From contig JAYFNT010000030.1 in the NCBI GenBank assembly GCA_034933285.1, forward strand, positions 196-64,195: 64,000 bases of DNA, read 5' to 3'. Source of the stretch: Geobacteraceae bacterium. Lineage in GTDB: Bacteria > Desulfobacterota > Desulfuromonadia > Geobacterales > Geobacteraceae. A program made the translations under genes and the position numbers. This document shows positions 51,766-60,631 of the stretch, piece after piece. Numbering within the stretch: position 1 is the stretch's first letter; every line of letters begins with the position of its first letter. Below the pieces are notes generated by a model. The model saw only the letters and a list, made by a program, of their open reading frames with translations. It did not search any database and was not told the origin of the DNA.

Positions 51766-51957
51766 CCGGTATTCGTTCTTATAGATTCCCCCTGGATGAT
51801 GAAAATGGCTCTTCGGGGATGTCGTTGATTTATTGCAATAATCTTACAAGAGGTTGGGAACGCACTAAAGCAAGAATGTTCTTGAAGGGGTCCACCCTAG
51901 GGGTACCCTCGCGGGGGACTTCGACTGTCGCATAACTGATTCCAAAGGAGATGCCAT

Positions 51958-53100
51958 ATGCCAGACGACCTTACACCACTGAGAGAGCCTGCATTCGCTT
52001 CGGCTCTGAATGATTTAGACGACCTCTTGATGCAGAGCGGAAAGGCATTCCTACTCGGTGCCGGATGCAGTAAATGCGCAGGCCTCCCATTGACCGCAGA
52101 ACTCACGGTCAAAACCCTCGCTAGTGCGCACTTGGATGCGACAACGAAAACAATTTTAACTGCAATTGAAGGGCTGTTTGCAGGCGCAAAGGCTGCAAAC
52201 ATAGAGGACTACCTGAGCGAATTGGTTGATTTGGTCGCAATAGCCGAACGTCGTGGCGCTCGCGGCGCCACAACAAGCACAGCCACACTCAACGGTGTCG
52301 ATTATTCCGCAATACAGCTTAAAGATGCGGTTGACCAAATCAAAGTGGCGATAGCAGAGGTGATTGATATCGCAGTTAATCTGGAAGTTCATTGGAAGTT
52401 CATCCAAGCGGTGCATAGGCCTGCACGGCCCGGTAGATCCGTTGCTACTCGGCCAGTAGATTATCTTGTGCTGAACTACGACACATTGATCGAAAGCGCG
52501 CTTGCTCTTCAAAAGCTGCGTTATGCCGATGGAATGAACGGTGGTAATAGTGCGTGGTGGGATACAACAACATTCGAGACGGATGGACTTGCTGCGCGCG
52601 TCCTAAAGCTACACGGGTCGATTGATTGGAGTGAAATATCGGGTGACCCATTGCCTCGGAGAATTGCGAAAAGCCTCACGCTGCCGACGGGGAACGACCG
52701 AAAGGTTCTCATTTGGCCTGCCTCGACGAAATATCGAGAAACTCAACGAGACCCGTATGCTCAGTTATCAAGCCTTGCTCGCCGCATTCTTCGACCACAA
52801 TCCAGCAGTCAAACTGTACTGACCGTCTGCGGATACAGCTTCAGCGACTCTCACATCAACATTGAAGTTGAAAGAGCTCTGCGCGAGTCTGGAGGGGAAT
52901 TGACAGTTGTGGTGTTCACGTTCGACGAGGTACCGGTTGGCGAACTGAGGCGGTTACATGAGGACAAGGAAATCACAGACCAAGTGAGAATCTATGCTCG
53001 CAGAGGATTCTTCCACGGGAGCACTGCAGCGAAGTCGGCCAAGGACCTGCCATGGTCGAAATTTGAAAATATAACCAGATTGCTTGGAGGAGAACGATGA
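51958..53100 (+). CDS. SIR2-like (SIR2_2 family) protein, NADase component of a SIR2-HerA defence pair
   Basis: 380 aa. FLLGAGCSKCAGLP (Rossmann GAG loop), VLNYDTLIESAL and LKLHGSIDW. RBS AAAGGAGA. The stop overlaps the HerA start (ATGA). Confidence 0.8.
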   Translation: MPDDLTPLREPAFASALNDLDDLLMQSGKAFLLGAGCSKCAGLPLTAELTVKTLASAHLDATTKTILTAIEGLFAGAKAANIEDYLSELVDLVAIAERRGARGATTSTATLNGVDYSAIQLKDAVDQIKVAIAEVIDIAVNLEVHWKFIQAVHRPARPGRSVATRPVDYLVLNYDTLIESALALQKLRYADGMNGGNSAWWDTTTFETDGLAARVLKLHGSIDWSEISGDPLPRRIAKSLTLPTGNDRKVLIWPASTKYRETQRDPYAQLSSLARRILRPQSSSQTVLTVCGYSFSDSHINIEVERALRESGGELTVVVFTFDEVPVGELRRLHEDKEITDQVRIYARRGFFHGSTAAKSAKDLPWSKFENITRLLGGER

Positions 53101-54794
53101 AACACAACCCTAATGCTCCTGTCGAGAATCTAGCAATTGGGACAATTATTGAGGTTGACGGCTCTCACATTGTGGCCGAACTGAAGCCGGGGATCACTGA
53201 GCTGTCGCGTATCTTTGGTGGCGATACTTATCCCATAGGTCAGTTTGGGTCTATCTTAAAGATCCATTTCGGCCGGAAGATCATCTTTGCGTTTGTCGGA
53301 CGCCTCCGCATGAAGGCGGAATATGAATTGGAGCACGGCATTGTACCGCAGGCAGCGAGCGACGAGCGCGTGATTGAAGCAGATCTATTTGGCGAGGGTG
53401 AATGGCTCAGCGATACATCAGGCACCCCGGTTCGTTGGGATCTCAAATTCGATCGTGGTGTTGCAACCTACCCCCTCCCCCAGCAAACGGTATACCTTAC
53501 ACCCAAACGGGAACTTCGATACATCTATGGTCATGGGAAAGGCTCTTCCGTCCACCTCGGCGAACACGTCGGAACCGGAGGGACTAAGTGTTATGCCGAA
53601 ATGAATGAACTGCTTGGAAAACACACTGCTATTCTGGGCTCAACTGGAGCGGGAAAGTCAGGAACTGTTGCAGCTGTTCTTCACAGTCTCCTCGAGAGGG
53701 GCGCTGAAGCAAGTTTGGCCAATTGGAAACCACGCATTGTCGTGCTCGATCCGCATAACGAGTATTCAGCTGCATTCCCAGGCCATCAGAAACTTTCGAC
53801 GGACGATGGCTCGTTGTTCTTGCCCTATTGGCTTTTGAATTTCACCGAAACGATAGCATTGGTAATTGGAAAGACCGAATTCGTCGCAACATCTCAAGCC
53901 AATATTGTTAAAACAGCGTTACTTAAGGCCAGAATAGAGGGCGCAACGATACTCGGACTGACTGCTTCAAAAATTACAGTGGATTCTCCCGTGCCTTACA
54001 AGTTAGCGACGTTCATCGCCGCCGTTGAAGCCGACAAACCACCGCAGGCCAGCAAGCAGGACTCGCACAACTCAATTTTAGAGAAGCTCGATGTTTTGAT
54101 TCGTGATGCGCGCGTTGCTTTTATGATGAAGGAGTGGGACGGAGTCGCTCAAGATCCGTTTCCGGCAATATTGTCCCAACTTGTAAGTGATGGGGCTCAG
54201 CCGAGGATCGTCGATCTTTCCGGAGTTCCAAACGAGGTCGCAGGTGTTTCAAGTGCGGTAATCGCGAGGGCCCTCTTTAATTTGAAAGTTTGGCAGACTG
54301 CAGACGAGCGCCAAAATGATCCGGTTTTGCTCGTTTGTGAAGAAGCCCACCGATATGTTCCAAATCGCGGTGAGGCTCAATACGAAGCCGCTCAAGAAGC
54401 GATTCGAAGGATTGCAAAGGAAGGGCGGAAATATGGTATTGGACTTCTGTTGGTCTCTCAGAGACCAAGTGAGATCGAGGCGACGGTGCTATCGCAGTGT
54501 AATAGTTGGATCATTCTCCGAATTACAAATGACGCAGATCGTGAGCATGTCCGGGCAATTCTTCCCGATTCGATGTCGGGTCTAACAAAAATGCTTTCGA
54601 GTTTACGGCGGCAAGAAGCTATTTTTGTTGGCCAAGCGGCAGCCCTGCCTTCGAGAATTCTCATTCGCTCCCTCACGCCAGAGCAATTACCTCGGTCGAA
54701 CGACATCGACTTCGATAAAGGTTGGCAGGTTGCGGCCATGACGGAGGCACAACTCGCAGCCATAGCGAACAAATGGCGTTATCAGACAAAGTGA
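53097..54794 (+). CDS. HerA-like (DUF87) hexameric ATPase/translocase, partner of SIR2
   Basis: 565 aa. N-terminal HAS-barrel-like region, Walker A GSTGAGKSGT, Walker B LLVCEEAHRYVP and KYGIGLLLVSQRPSEI. Confidence 0.85.
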   Translation: MKHNPNAPVENLAIGTIIEVDGSHIVAELKPGITELSRIFGGDTYPIGQFGSILKIHFGRKIIFAFVGRLRMKAEYELEHGIVPQAASDERVIEADLFGEGEWLSDTSGTPVRWDLKFDRGVATYPLPQQTVYLTPKRELRYIYGHGKGSSVHLGEHVGTGGTKCYAEMNELLGKHTAILGSTGAGKSGTVAAVLHSLLERGAEASLANWKPRIVVLDPHNEYSAAFPGHQKLSTDDGSLFLPYWLLNFTETIALVIGKTEFVATSQANIVKTALLKARIEGATILGLTASKITVDSPVPYKLATFIAAVEADKPPQASKQDSHNSILEKLDVLIRDARVAFMMKEWDGVAQDPFPAILSQLVSDGAQPRIVDLSGVPNEVAGVSSAVIARALFNLKVWQTADERQNDPVLLVCEEAHRYVPNRGEAQYEAAQEAIRRIAKEGRKYGIGLLLVSQRPSEIEATVLSQCNSWIILRITNDADREHVRAILPDSMSGLTKMLSSLRRQEAIFVGQAAALPSRILIRSLTPEQLPRSNDIDFDKGWQVAAMTEAQLAAIANKWRYQTK

Positions 54795-54920
54795 GCCACA
54801 AAGGTTTCATCATTTTGGCATTTGGCCTCCTGCTGGCCCATTGAAGGGGTAGTCCATCGGGTCAGGCTTTGAAGATTTGAACTTTTGGCAAAATGAAGTT
54901 TTTGGTGGTGAAATATTTTA

Positions 54921-55001
54921 TGTCATGAGGGTGTCATGTCATGAGGGTGTCAGGTCTCCACCCATGACATTGTCACAGGTGGAGACCTGACATCATTAGA
55001 C
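54921..55001. repeat. GTCAGGTCT-family hairpin repeat with a tandem 16-nt duplication
   Basis: TGTCATGAGGGTGTCA occurs twice (54921-54952), then 15-bp perfect arms TGTCAGGTCTCCACC / GGTGGAGACCTGACA (54948-54962 / 54978-54992). The flanks match the copy at 1055-1094. Confidence 0.9.
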
Positions 55002-55150
55002 CGTAAAAAACGGTATTGTGTCACCGGAAATTCACAGGAAGAAAGCAAAATTAAGAAAAAGCGCCAGGTGCCAGCCAACCAACGGAGACAGACGGGCAAG
55101 CCTCTGCGACTGGAAGCGTTAAATGCTGGAATTACAGAGAGGAGAGAGCA

Positions 55151-55495
55151 ATGAGCAACGAACTGGTGGCACCTGAGACCAAAGGTGTTACGGTGAAGGT
55201 ACTTGCAACTGTTGACCTGGGCCCTGAGATCGAGGGCATGGCAGGGCGCCAACTTCGAATGCGCAAGGTGACCATCGAGCCTGGGGGCGTCTACGGCCCG
55301 ATTCACGACCATAAAGACAGGCCAGGCGTTGTTTACATACTGCAAGGAACGATCACTGACCATAGAAATGGAGTCGCTACGGACTATGGGCCGGGAGTGG
55401 GCTGGCCCGAGGATAGGAACACCACTCACTGGCTTGAGAACAGAGGAACGATTCCGGCGGTGGAGATCTCGGTCGATATAGTCAGGCAAGAGTAA
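55151..55495 (+). CDS. small cupin-domain protein
   Basis: 114 aa. Cupin motifs G...GP.HDH and ...THWLEN.G. GAGAGGAGAG RBS. Confidence 0.7.
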   Translation: MSNELVAPETKGVTVKVLATVDLGPEIEGMAGRQLRMRKVTIEPGGVYGPIHDHKDRPGVVYILQGTITDHRNGVATDYGPGVGWPEDRNTTHWLENRGTIPAVEISVDIVRQE

Positions 55496-55647
55496 GCTCA
55501 GGCCCGACATCTAAGACGGTCGGAAAACAGGGATACTTCCCTATTTTGTTATTGATAAATGCAGCCAGGGGGAAGGTTACCGGTGCGCCTCACAACGTTG
55601 TCCGCAAAAAAGAGAAGATAGATTTATTGGATTTTGAGGAATCTCAA

Positions 55648-56730
55648 ATGATATCTGCATCTGAAAAATTGAATCAATTTGGATGGAATGAATGGTTTGA
55701 TGCAAAGGCACAGGAAATAATCTTGGCAGGACACCGTCTTGCTCGTGTTGTTGCAGTGGATCGTGAACAACTTCTTGTAATAGATGAAGCTGGTGAATAT
55801 CGCGCAAAGCTTGCCGGCCGTTTTCTCTATACAACTGAGCGACCGAGTGATTTCCCTTGTGTTGGAGACTGGGTATCCGTTCAATACGGAGGCTCTGACG
55901 ATTTCGGAATAATTCATGACGTCGTGCCGAGAAAGTCGTTTCTTCGGCGCAAGGCTGCAGGAGATACCGTTGAATACCAGATGATCGCGTCGAATATTGA
56001 CGTGGCGTTAATTGTCCAGTCCTGTCAGTTCGACTTCAATGTTAACAGGCTTGAGCGTTACCTGGTTATGGTGAGAAATGGGCAAGTAGACCCGGTCATT
56101 TTGATCACAAAAACCGACCTGGTCAGTCCCGAAGCGCTCCAAGAACTAATTGATGAAATTAGAAATGCCGGAATAACTACGGAGGTAATCTCGCTTAGCA
56201 ATATCACCGGAGAAGGGGTGAACAATGTGCGCGAAATATTGCAATCCGGGAAAACCTACAGTCTTTTAGGTTCATCAGGGGTTGGCAAAAGCACTTTAAT
56301 AAACCAGCTGATCGGCCGTCAAATGCTAGAGACCAAAATGGTGAGTGGTACTGGAGAAGGACGACATACGACGGTGCGACGCGAACTCATACTATTGAGC
56401 AATGGTGCAATGCTGATTGATAACCCCGGAATGCGTGAGTTCGGCATTATGGGAGCTGAGGAAGGGATGGGCGACAGCTTTGCTGATATCTACAAGTTGG
56501 CATCGAAATGCAAATATCGAGATTGCTCTCACTTGAAGGAAAAAGGTTGCGCTGTTTTGCGCGCAGTTGAGGAAGGAACCCTCCATCGGGCACGCTATCA
56601 GAGCTTTATCAAATTAAGGACTGAATCGGAGTTTCATGACCTGTCGTATCTTGAAAAGCGGAACAAAGATAAGGCATTTGGTCGTTACCTTAAGTCTGTC
56701 AAAAAAGACCTGGGAATCAACCGTAAATAA
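55648..56730 (+). CDS. rsgA: ribosome small-subunit-dependent GTPase A, low-GC copy
   Basis: OB-fold N-terminus, circularly permuted GTPase (TKTD, GSSGVGKSTL, DNPG) and a C-terminal zinc knuckle CKYRDCSHLKEKGC. GC is visibly lower (about 45% by eye) than in core genes. Confidence 0.85.
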   Translation: MISASEKLNQFGWNEWFDAKAQEIILAGHRLARVVAVDREQLLVIDEAGEYRAKLAGRFLYTTERPSDFPCVGDWVSVQYGGSDDFGIIHDVVPRKSFLRRKAAGDTVEYQMIASNIDVALIVQSCQFDFNVNRLERYLVMVRNGQVDPVILITKTDLVSPEALQELIDEIRNAGITTEVISLSNITGEGVNNVREILQSGKTYSLLGSSGVGKSTLINQLIGRQMLETKMVSGTGEGRHTTVRRELILLSNGAMLIDNPGMREFGIMGAEEGMGDSFADIYKLASKCKYRDCSHLKEKGCAVLRAVEEGTLHRARYQSFIKLRTESEFHDLSYLEKRNKDKAFGRYLKSVKKDLGINRK

Positions 56731-56747
56731 TTAGGAAGTGAAGGGGG

Positions 56748-57548
56748 TCATGTCCCCTTGTAATAGCGCAATGCCTCTGGGACCAACCGCCTGATGTTGT
56801 CGATTCGATCCGAATCCGAGGGATGGGTGCTGAGGAACGGCGGGGGCGACTGCCCGTTTTTCTGTGCTGACATCCGCTGCCAAAAGGTTACGGCTTCGTT
56901 CGGATCATAGCCAGCCATGGCCATGAAGATCAGACCCAGGTGATCGGCCTCGTTCTCCTGCAGGCGGTTGTATGGCATGATGGCGCCATACTGCGCACCG
57001 ACCCCGTAAGCCGCCATCCAGAGCTGCTGTGCCGCGGCCGGTTGAGATGACAGCGCTTCTGCCAGTGCTATGCCCCCGAATTGTGCCAGAAGCCCCTGGC
57101 TCATCCGCTCGTTGCCGTGCTCCGCCACTGCATGCGCGATCTCGTGGCCCATCACTACCGCGAGGCCTGCCTCACCTTTAGCCACTGGCAGAATACCGGT
57201 GTAAACGACAACCTTGCCACCGGGCATGCACCAGGCGTTGACCTCCTTGTCCTCCACCAGGTTGAACTCCCATTGATAACCCGACAAGCGACTGCTCATG
57301 CCGACGGAGGCGAAATAGCGTGCGACTGCATCCTGTATCCTCGCGCCGACACGCTTTACCATGTCGGTCTGCTTCTTGTCGCTGCTGACCTTGTGTCCCT
57401 TGAGGAAAGTGTCGTACTCCTGCAAACTCATTGATATCATGGAGTCCCCGGGTATCAGGTTCAGTTGGGACCGGCCGGTTATCGGTACCGTAGTGCAAGA
57501 AGCCAACGCAAACATGGCACAAGCCGTGAAGAAATAGCGTTTGACCAT
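56748..57548 (-). CDS. M48-family zinc metallopeptidase lipoprotein
   Basis: Lipobox ALASC, HEIAHAVAEH (HExxH) and a distal E in NEADHLG. AGGAGG RBS. It is preceded by a leader of about 320 nt. Confidence 0.85.
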   Translation of the reverse strand: MVKRYFFTACAMFALASCTTVPITGRSQLNLIPGDSMISMSLQEYDTFLKGHKVSSDKKQTDMVKRVGARIQDAVARYFASVGMSSRLSGYQWEFNLVEDKEVNAWCMPGGKVVVYTGILPVAKGEAGLAVVMGHEIAHAVAEHGNERMSQGLLAQFGGIALAEALSSQPAAAQQLWMAAYGVGAQYGAIMPYNRLQENEADHLGLIFMAMAGYDPNEAVTFWQRMSAQKNGQSPPPFLSTHPSDSDRIDNIRRLVPEALRYYKGT

Positions 57549-57875
57549 AAGTGATGACCTCCTGAATCATAATGAATAATTTTGAGCCCATCCGGAAAAT
57601 CTCCCAGAAGCCGGAGCGGAACATCACGGGAGCTCGTGATAATCTGTCGACTCATGACTCACTGGTCGGGGCTTTCACTGGTTTCAAGCGCTTTCCCAGT
57701 TTTCGAGGTCTTGCACTTAAGCCGTATCACGATCTCCTCGAAAGACCAGCTCCTGCCTTCAATAGCCGTTACCAGGGTTTCCGGAGGGAAACTGCTTGGA
57801 TCCCGCAAAGCCACAGGCAACAGTTTAACACACTTTCCCGCTCATTTCTGAAAAGACCAAATGTGCAGGAATTTC

Positions 57876-57913
57876 GGGGATAGTTTATATAATTCGGTAG
57901 AGATAAATATACT
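57876..57913. repeat. 38-nt conserved motif, copy 2 (GGGGATAGTTTATATAATTCGGTAGAGATAAATATACT)
   Basis: See copy 1. It lies upstream, in minus-strand sense, of the M48 peptidase leader. Confidence 0.8.
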
Positions 57914-58139
57914 GGTTGAATGCATAAGAAGGGATTGAAGAGGAAGCCTCCGGTTGGTATTGATAGCTTGTATGGGCAAGCTGTCGGACCGGCACAGCCG
58001 TCCGGGATCACCAGTTTAAGTTCAGTTCAAAATTAAATCGTCAAGGTGTCCCCCGAAAAACCGACACTACCATGCAGTTCCGTGCAATTTCTGACCCCTT
58101 TGCAGTTCTGGGCCCGTACGGCTGGACAGATCGTTTTTT

Positions 58140-58183
58140 ACCTTGAAAATCCTGCTTGACATGCGGGATTTTCAAGGTAATAT
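58140..58183 (+). promoter_or_regulatory. sigma70-type promoter embedded in a 13-bp perfect inverted repeat (operator candidate)
   Basis: TTGACA (58156-58161)-N16-TAATAT (58178-58183). ACCTTGAAAATCC (58140-58152) and GGATTTTCAAGGT (58166-58178) bracket the -35 box. Confidence 0.6.
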
Positions 58184-58190
58184 GTTGGCC

Positions 58191-59333
58191 ATGATCCAGA
58201 GACCCACCCTTATCTCCGCTATCCGCACGGCTCTCGACCGAAGCCGCATCGTGGCGCTTCTAGGGCCGCGTCAGTGCGGGAAAACAACCCTGGCGCGCCA
58301 GTTCGTCAACCCGGATTCACTCAATTATTTCGACCTGGAAGATCCGCTGAGTCTTGCCCGGCTCGATGAGCCGATGACGGCACTCGGAGCGCTGAACGGG
58401 CTCGTGGTGATCGATGAAGTGCAACGGCGGCCCGAGCTGTTTACGGTATTGCGCGTACTGGCCGACCGGGACCCGCTTCCGGCGCGGTTCCTGATCCTGG
58501 GGAGCGCATCACCGTCTCTATTGCGGCAATCGTCCGAATCTCTCGCCGGCAGGCTGGAAACCGTTACCATCGGTGGATTCAGCCTCGGTGAGGTGGGGAC
58601 GGCGGCATGTGAACGACACTGGCTGCGTGGCGGGTTCCCCCTTTCTTTCCTGGGGGCCGCTGATTCAGACAGCCTGGCCTGGCGCAGGAATTTCATCCAG
58701 ACATTCCTGGAGCGTGACATGCCGCAATTCGGCATCACTACTCCCGCACCTACGCTCCTCAGATTCTGGACCATGTTGGCCCACTACCACGGCCAGATCT
58801 GGAATGCCGCCGAGCCCGCCCGTTCCCTCGGGGTGAACGAATCGACCACCCGCCGCTATCTCGACCTCATGGAGGGTGTGTTCATGGTACGGCAGCTTCA
58901 GCCCTGGCATGCCAACCTGAAAAAGCGGCAGATCAAATCTCCCAAGATCTACTTCCGCGACAGCGGGCTCCTCCACCAGCTGCTCGGTATCCGTACCATG
59001 GACGACCTTCTGCGCCACCCGAAGAGCGGCGCTTCATGGGAGGGATATGTCATCGAGGAAATCATCAAGCTGTCGGCGCCGGACGAGGTCTATTTCTGGG
59101 GGACTCACGGCGGAGCGGAACTGGATCTTCTTCTGATCAGTGATGGCCACCGTTTCGGCGTGGAGGTCAAGAGGATGGATGCGCCGAAGCTCACCCCGTC
59201 CATGCGGAACGCCCTGGAGGACCTGGAGCTCGACAGGCTCAAGGTGTTGTATCCCGGGAACAGGCGTTACCGCCTGGCTGAGCAGGTCGAGGTTATTCCC
59301 ATGGTGAATTTGGAAGAAGCAATGACAATGTAA
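58191..59333 (+). CDS. AAA+ ATPase with DUF4143-type C-terminal domain
   Basis: Walker A GPRQCGKTT, Walker B VVIDEVQ, and a C-terminal part typical of the AAA_14/DUF4143 family. ATG 58191 lies about 8 nt after the -10 box, so the transcript may be leaderless. ATG 58182 and TTG 58143 are alternatives. Confidence 0.8.
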   Translation: MIQRPTLISAIRTALDRSRIVALLGPRQCGKTTLARQFVNPDSLNYFDLEDPLSLARLDEPMTALGALNGLVVIDEVQRRPELFTVLRVLADRDPLPARFLILGSASPSLLRQSSESLAGRLETVTIGGFSLGEVGTAACERHWLRGGFPLSFLGAADSDSLAWRRNFIQTFLERDMPQFGITTPAPTLLRFWTMLAHYHGQIWNAAEPARSLGVNESTTRRYLDLMEGVFMVRQLQPWHANLKKRQIKSPKIYFRDSGLLHQLLGIRTMDDLLRHPKSGASWEGYVIEEIIKLSAPDEVYFWGTHGGAELDLLLISDGHRFGVEVKRMDAPKLTPSMRNALEDLELDRLKVLYPGNRRYRLAEQVEVIPMVNLEEAMTM

Positions 59334-59496
59334 GTTTACGAAATATTGTCTCCGGCTTGCATTTTTGCATTCCCCTAAATCATAAGCCTGATAAAATCTG
59401 TGCTGAAACAGGAACGTTGCTTGCAAAACTACTAAAACTCTATTAGAAAGATAGCAAGCAGCGTCCCTGATTGACCCGTTAATCAGGAGGACTTAC

Positions 59497-59973
59497 ATGA
59501 AAGAGAAGATGAAGGACCTAGCCGAGAAGGCTAAAGAGGCAATGTCTTCAGCAGCAGTCCTTGTTGGTGACCTTAATGGAGATGGAAAGGTTGATCATGA
59601 GGATGCCAAGATTGCTGCTGAATGGGCGAAAAAACGTGCATCAGTAATTGGGGATGAAGCTGCAAAGCTTGGGAAAGAGGCCCTGGAATCAACCATGGTA
59701 AAAGATGCTGCTGCTGGTGCTGTTGTTGGTGCTGCCATTGCGATTCCAGTACCGGTGATCGGGCCTTTAGCTGGTGCAGCAATAGGTGCAGGACTCGGCG
59801 TTTACAAGAATATAGTTACAAGAGAACCTAATAGGAACCAGACAAAAGAACAACCACTCACTTCTATGGACGTACATGCGGAGCTAGTAAAATTTGATGA
59901 CCTTAGACAAAAAGGCATAATATCTGAGGAAGAATTTGAAGCGCACAAAAAGAGGCTATTAGCGACCTGCTAA
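59497..59973 (+). CDS. small membrane protein with EF-hand/dockerin-like DxNxDGxxD loop, glycine-zipper TM segment and C-terminal SHOCT domain
   Basis: GDLNGDGKVDHED, then AAAGAVVGAAIAIPVPVIGPLAGAAIGAGLGVY, then the SHOCT-like L.KFDDLRQKGIISEEEFEAHKKRLL. AGGAGG RBS. Confidence 0.6.
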   Translation: MKEKMKDLAEKAKEAMSSAAVLVGDLNGDGKVDHEDAKIAAEWAKKRASVIGDEAAKLGKEALESTMVKDAAAGAVVGAAIAIPVPVIGPLAGAAIGAGLGVYKNIVTREPNRNQTKEQPLTSMDVHAELVKFDDLRQKGIISEEEFEAHKKRLLATC

Positions 59974-60233
59974 AAAAGAAGCAACGATGTACGCTGTGAG
60001 TTCAAAAGCTGTATCTGTACGCAAAATATTATACATCGACAAGATCCTCCGAGGGCAGGTTAACCTCTGCCGGTTGGCAAATACAGGACCTTCGGGGGAC
60101 ATTCTTGTCTATTTATTTAAACATCTAAGGACCTTCCGGAATTTCCGGGGACATAATACCAATTTGAATTCACCAGTAACCGTATTTTTCATGACCCCTC
60201 CTTGCACTGACCTTTGGTGGTCCTACGAGGTTT

Positions 60234-60554
60234 TTATTCAATCAAGTCGTATATTTTTTCTGCCAGTTTACAAGAGTGAATGTTTTTGTACATATTCTCA
60301 GCAAGATCAGATATTTTATCAAATATCTGATCTTGCTTAAAACTAAAGTTTGCATATTGTGTCATAGCTCCAGAATTCATTAATCGTTTTAATACTACTT
60401 TCATTCTAGCATTGTTATTAGTCGTCAATATTTTGTTCTTAACTGATATGAAATAATCAGCTGTCGACATTTTTCCTGATTCATGCAATGATTTAATCAT
60501 CTCATCCATTAAATCCAACAAGCACAGCCAAGGGGGCAGGGCTACACTTTTCAT
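60234..60554 (-). CDS. hypothetical small protein (possible orphan immunity gene)
   Basis: 106-aa AT-rich ORF in the same orientation as the RHS gene. It contains a 17-19-bp perfect hairpin (60300-60337), so coding status is uncertain. Confidence 0.3.
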   Translation of the reverse strand: MKSVALPPWLCLLDLMDEMIKSLHESGKMSTADYFISVKNKILTTNNNARMKVVLKRLMNSGAMTQYANFSFKQDQIFDKISDLAENMYKNIHSCKLAEKIYDLIE

Positions 60555-60631
60555 ATTTTGAATAGTTCCTTGATCTGGGCCACCATTTCCCCCAGATTCT
60601 CATCCCTTTCCATTTTCGCTTGAAAAGGGTA

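Noticed and set aside
57795-57825. A CCCGCAAAGCCACAGG box on the plus strand in the M48 leader region. It recalls the GACGCAAAGCC core of GEMM-I.
   Set aside because: The flanks lack GCAAACC, the GNRA hairpin and the GGGUUACCGA 3' element on either strand. The box is also on the strand opposite to the downstream gene.
59987-60340. The 117-aa plus-strand ORF downstream of the SHOCT gene.
   Set aside because: The translation is low-complexity and Cys/Phe/Leu-rich with no domain. The region is better explained by the direct repeats (AGGACCTTC...GGGGACA) and the convergent minus-strand ORF.
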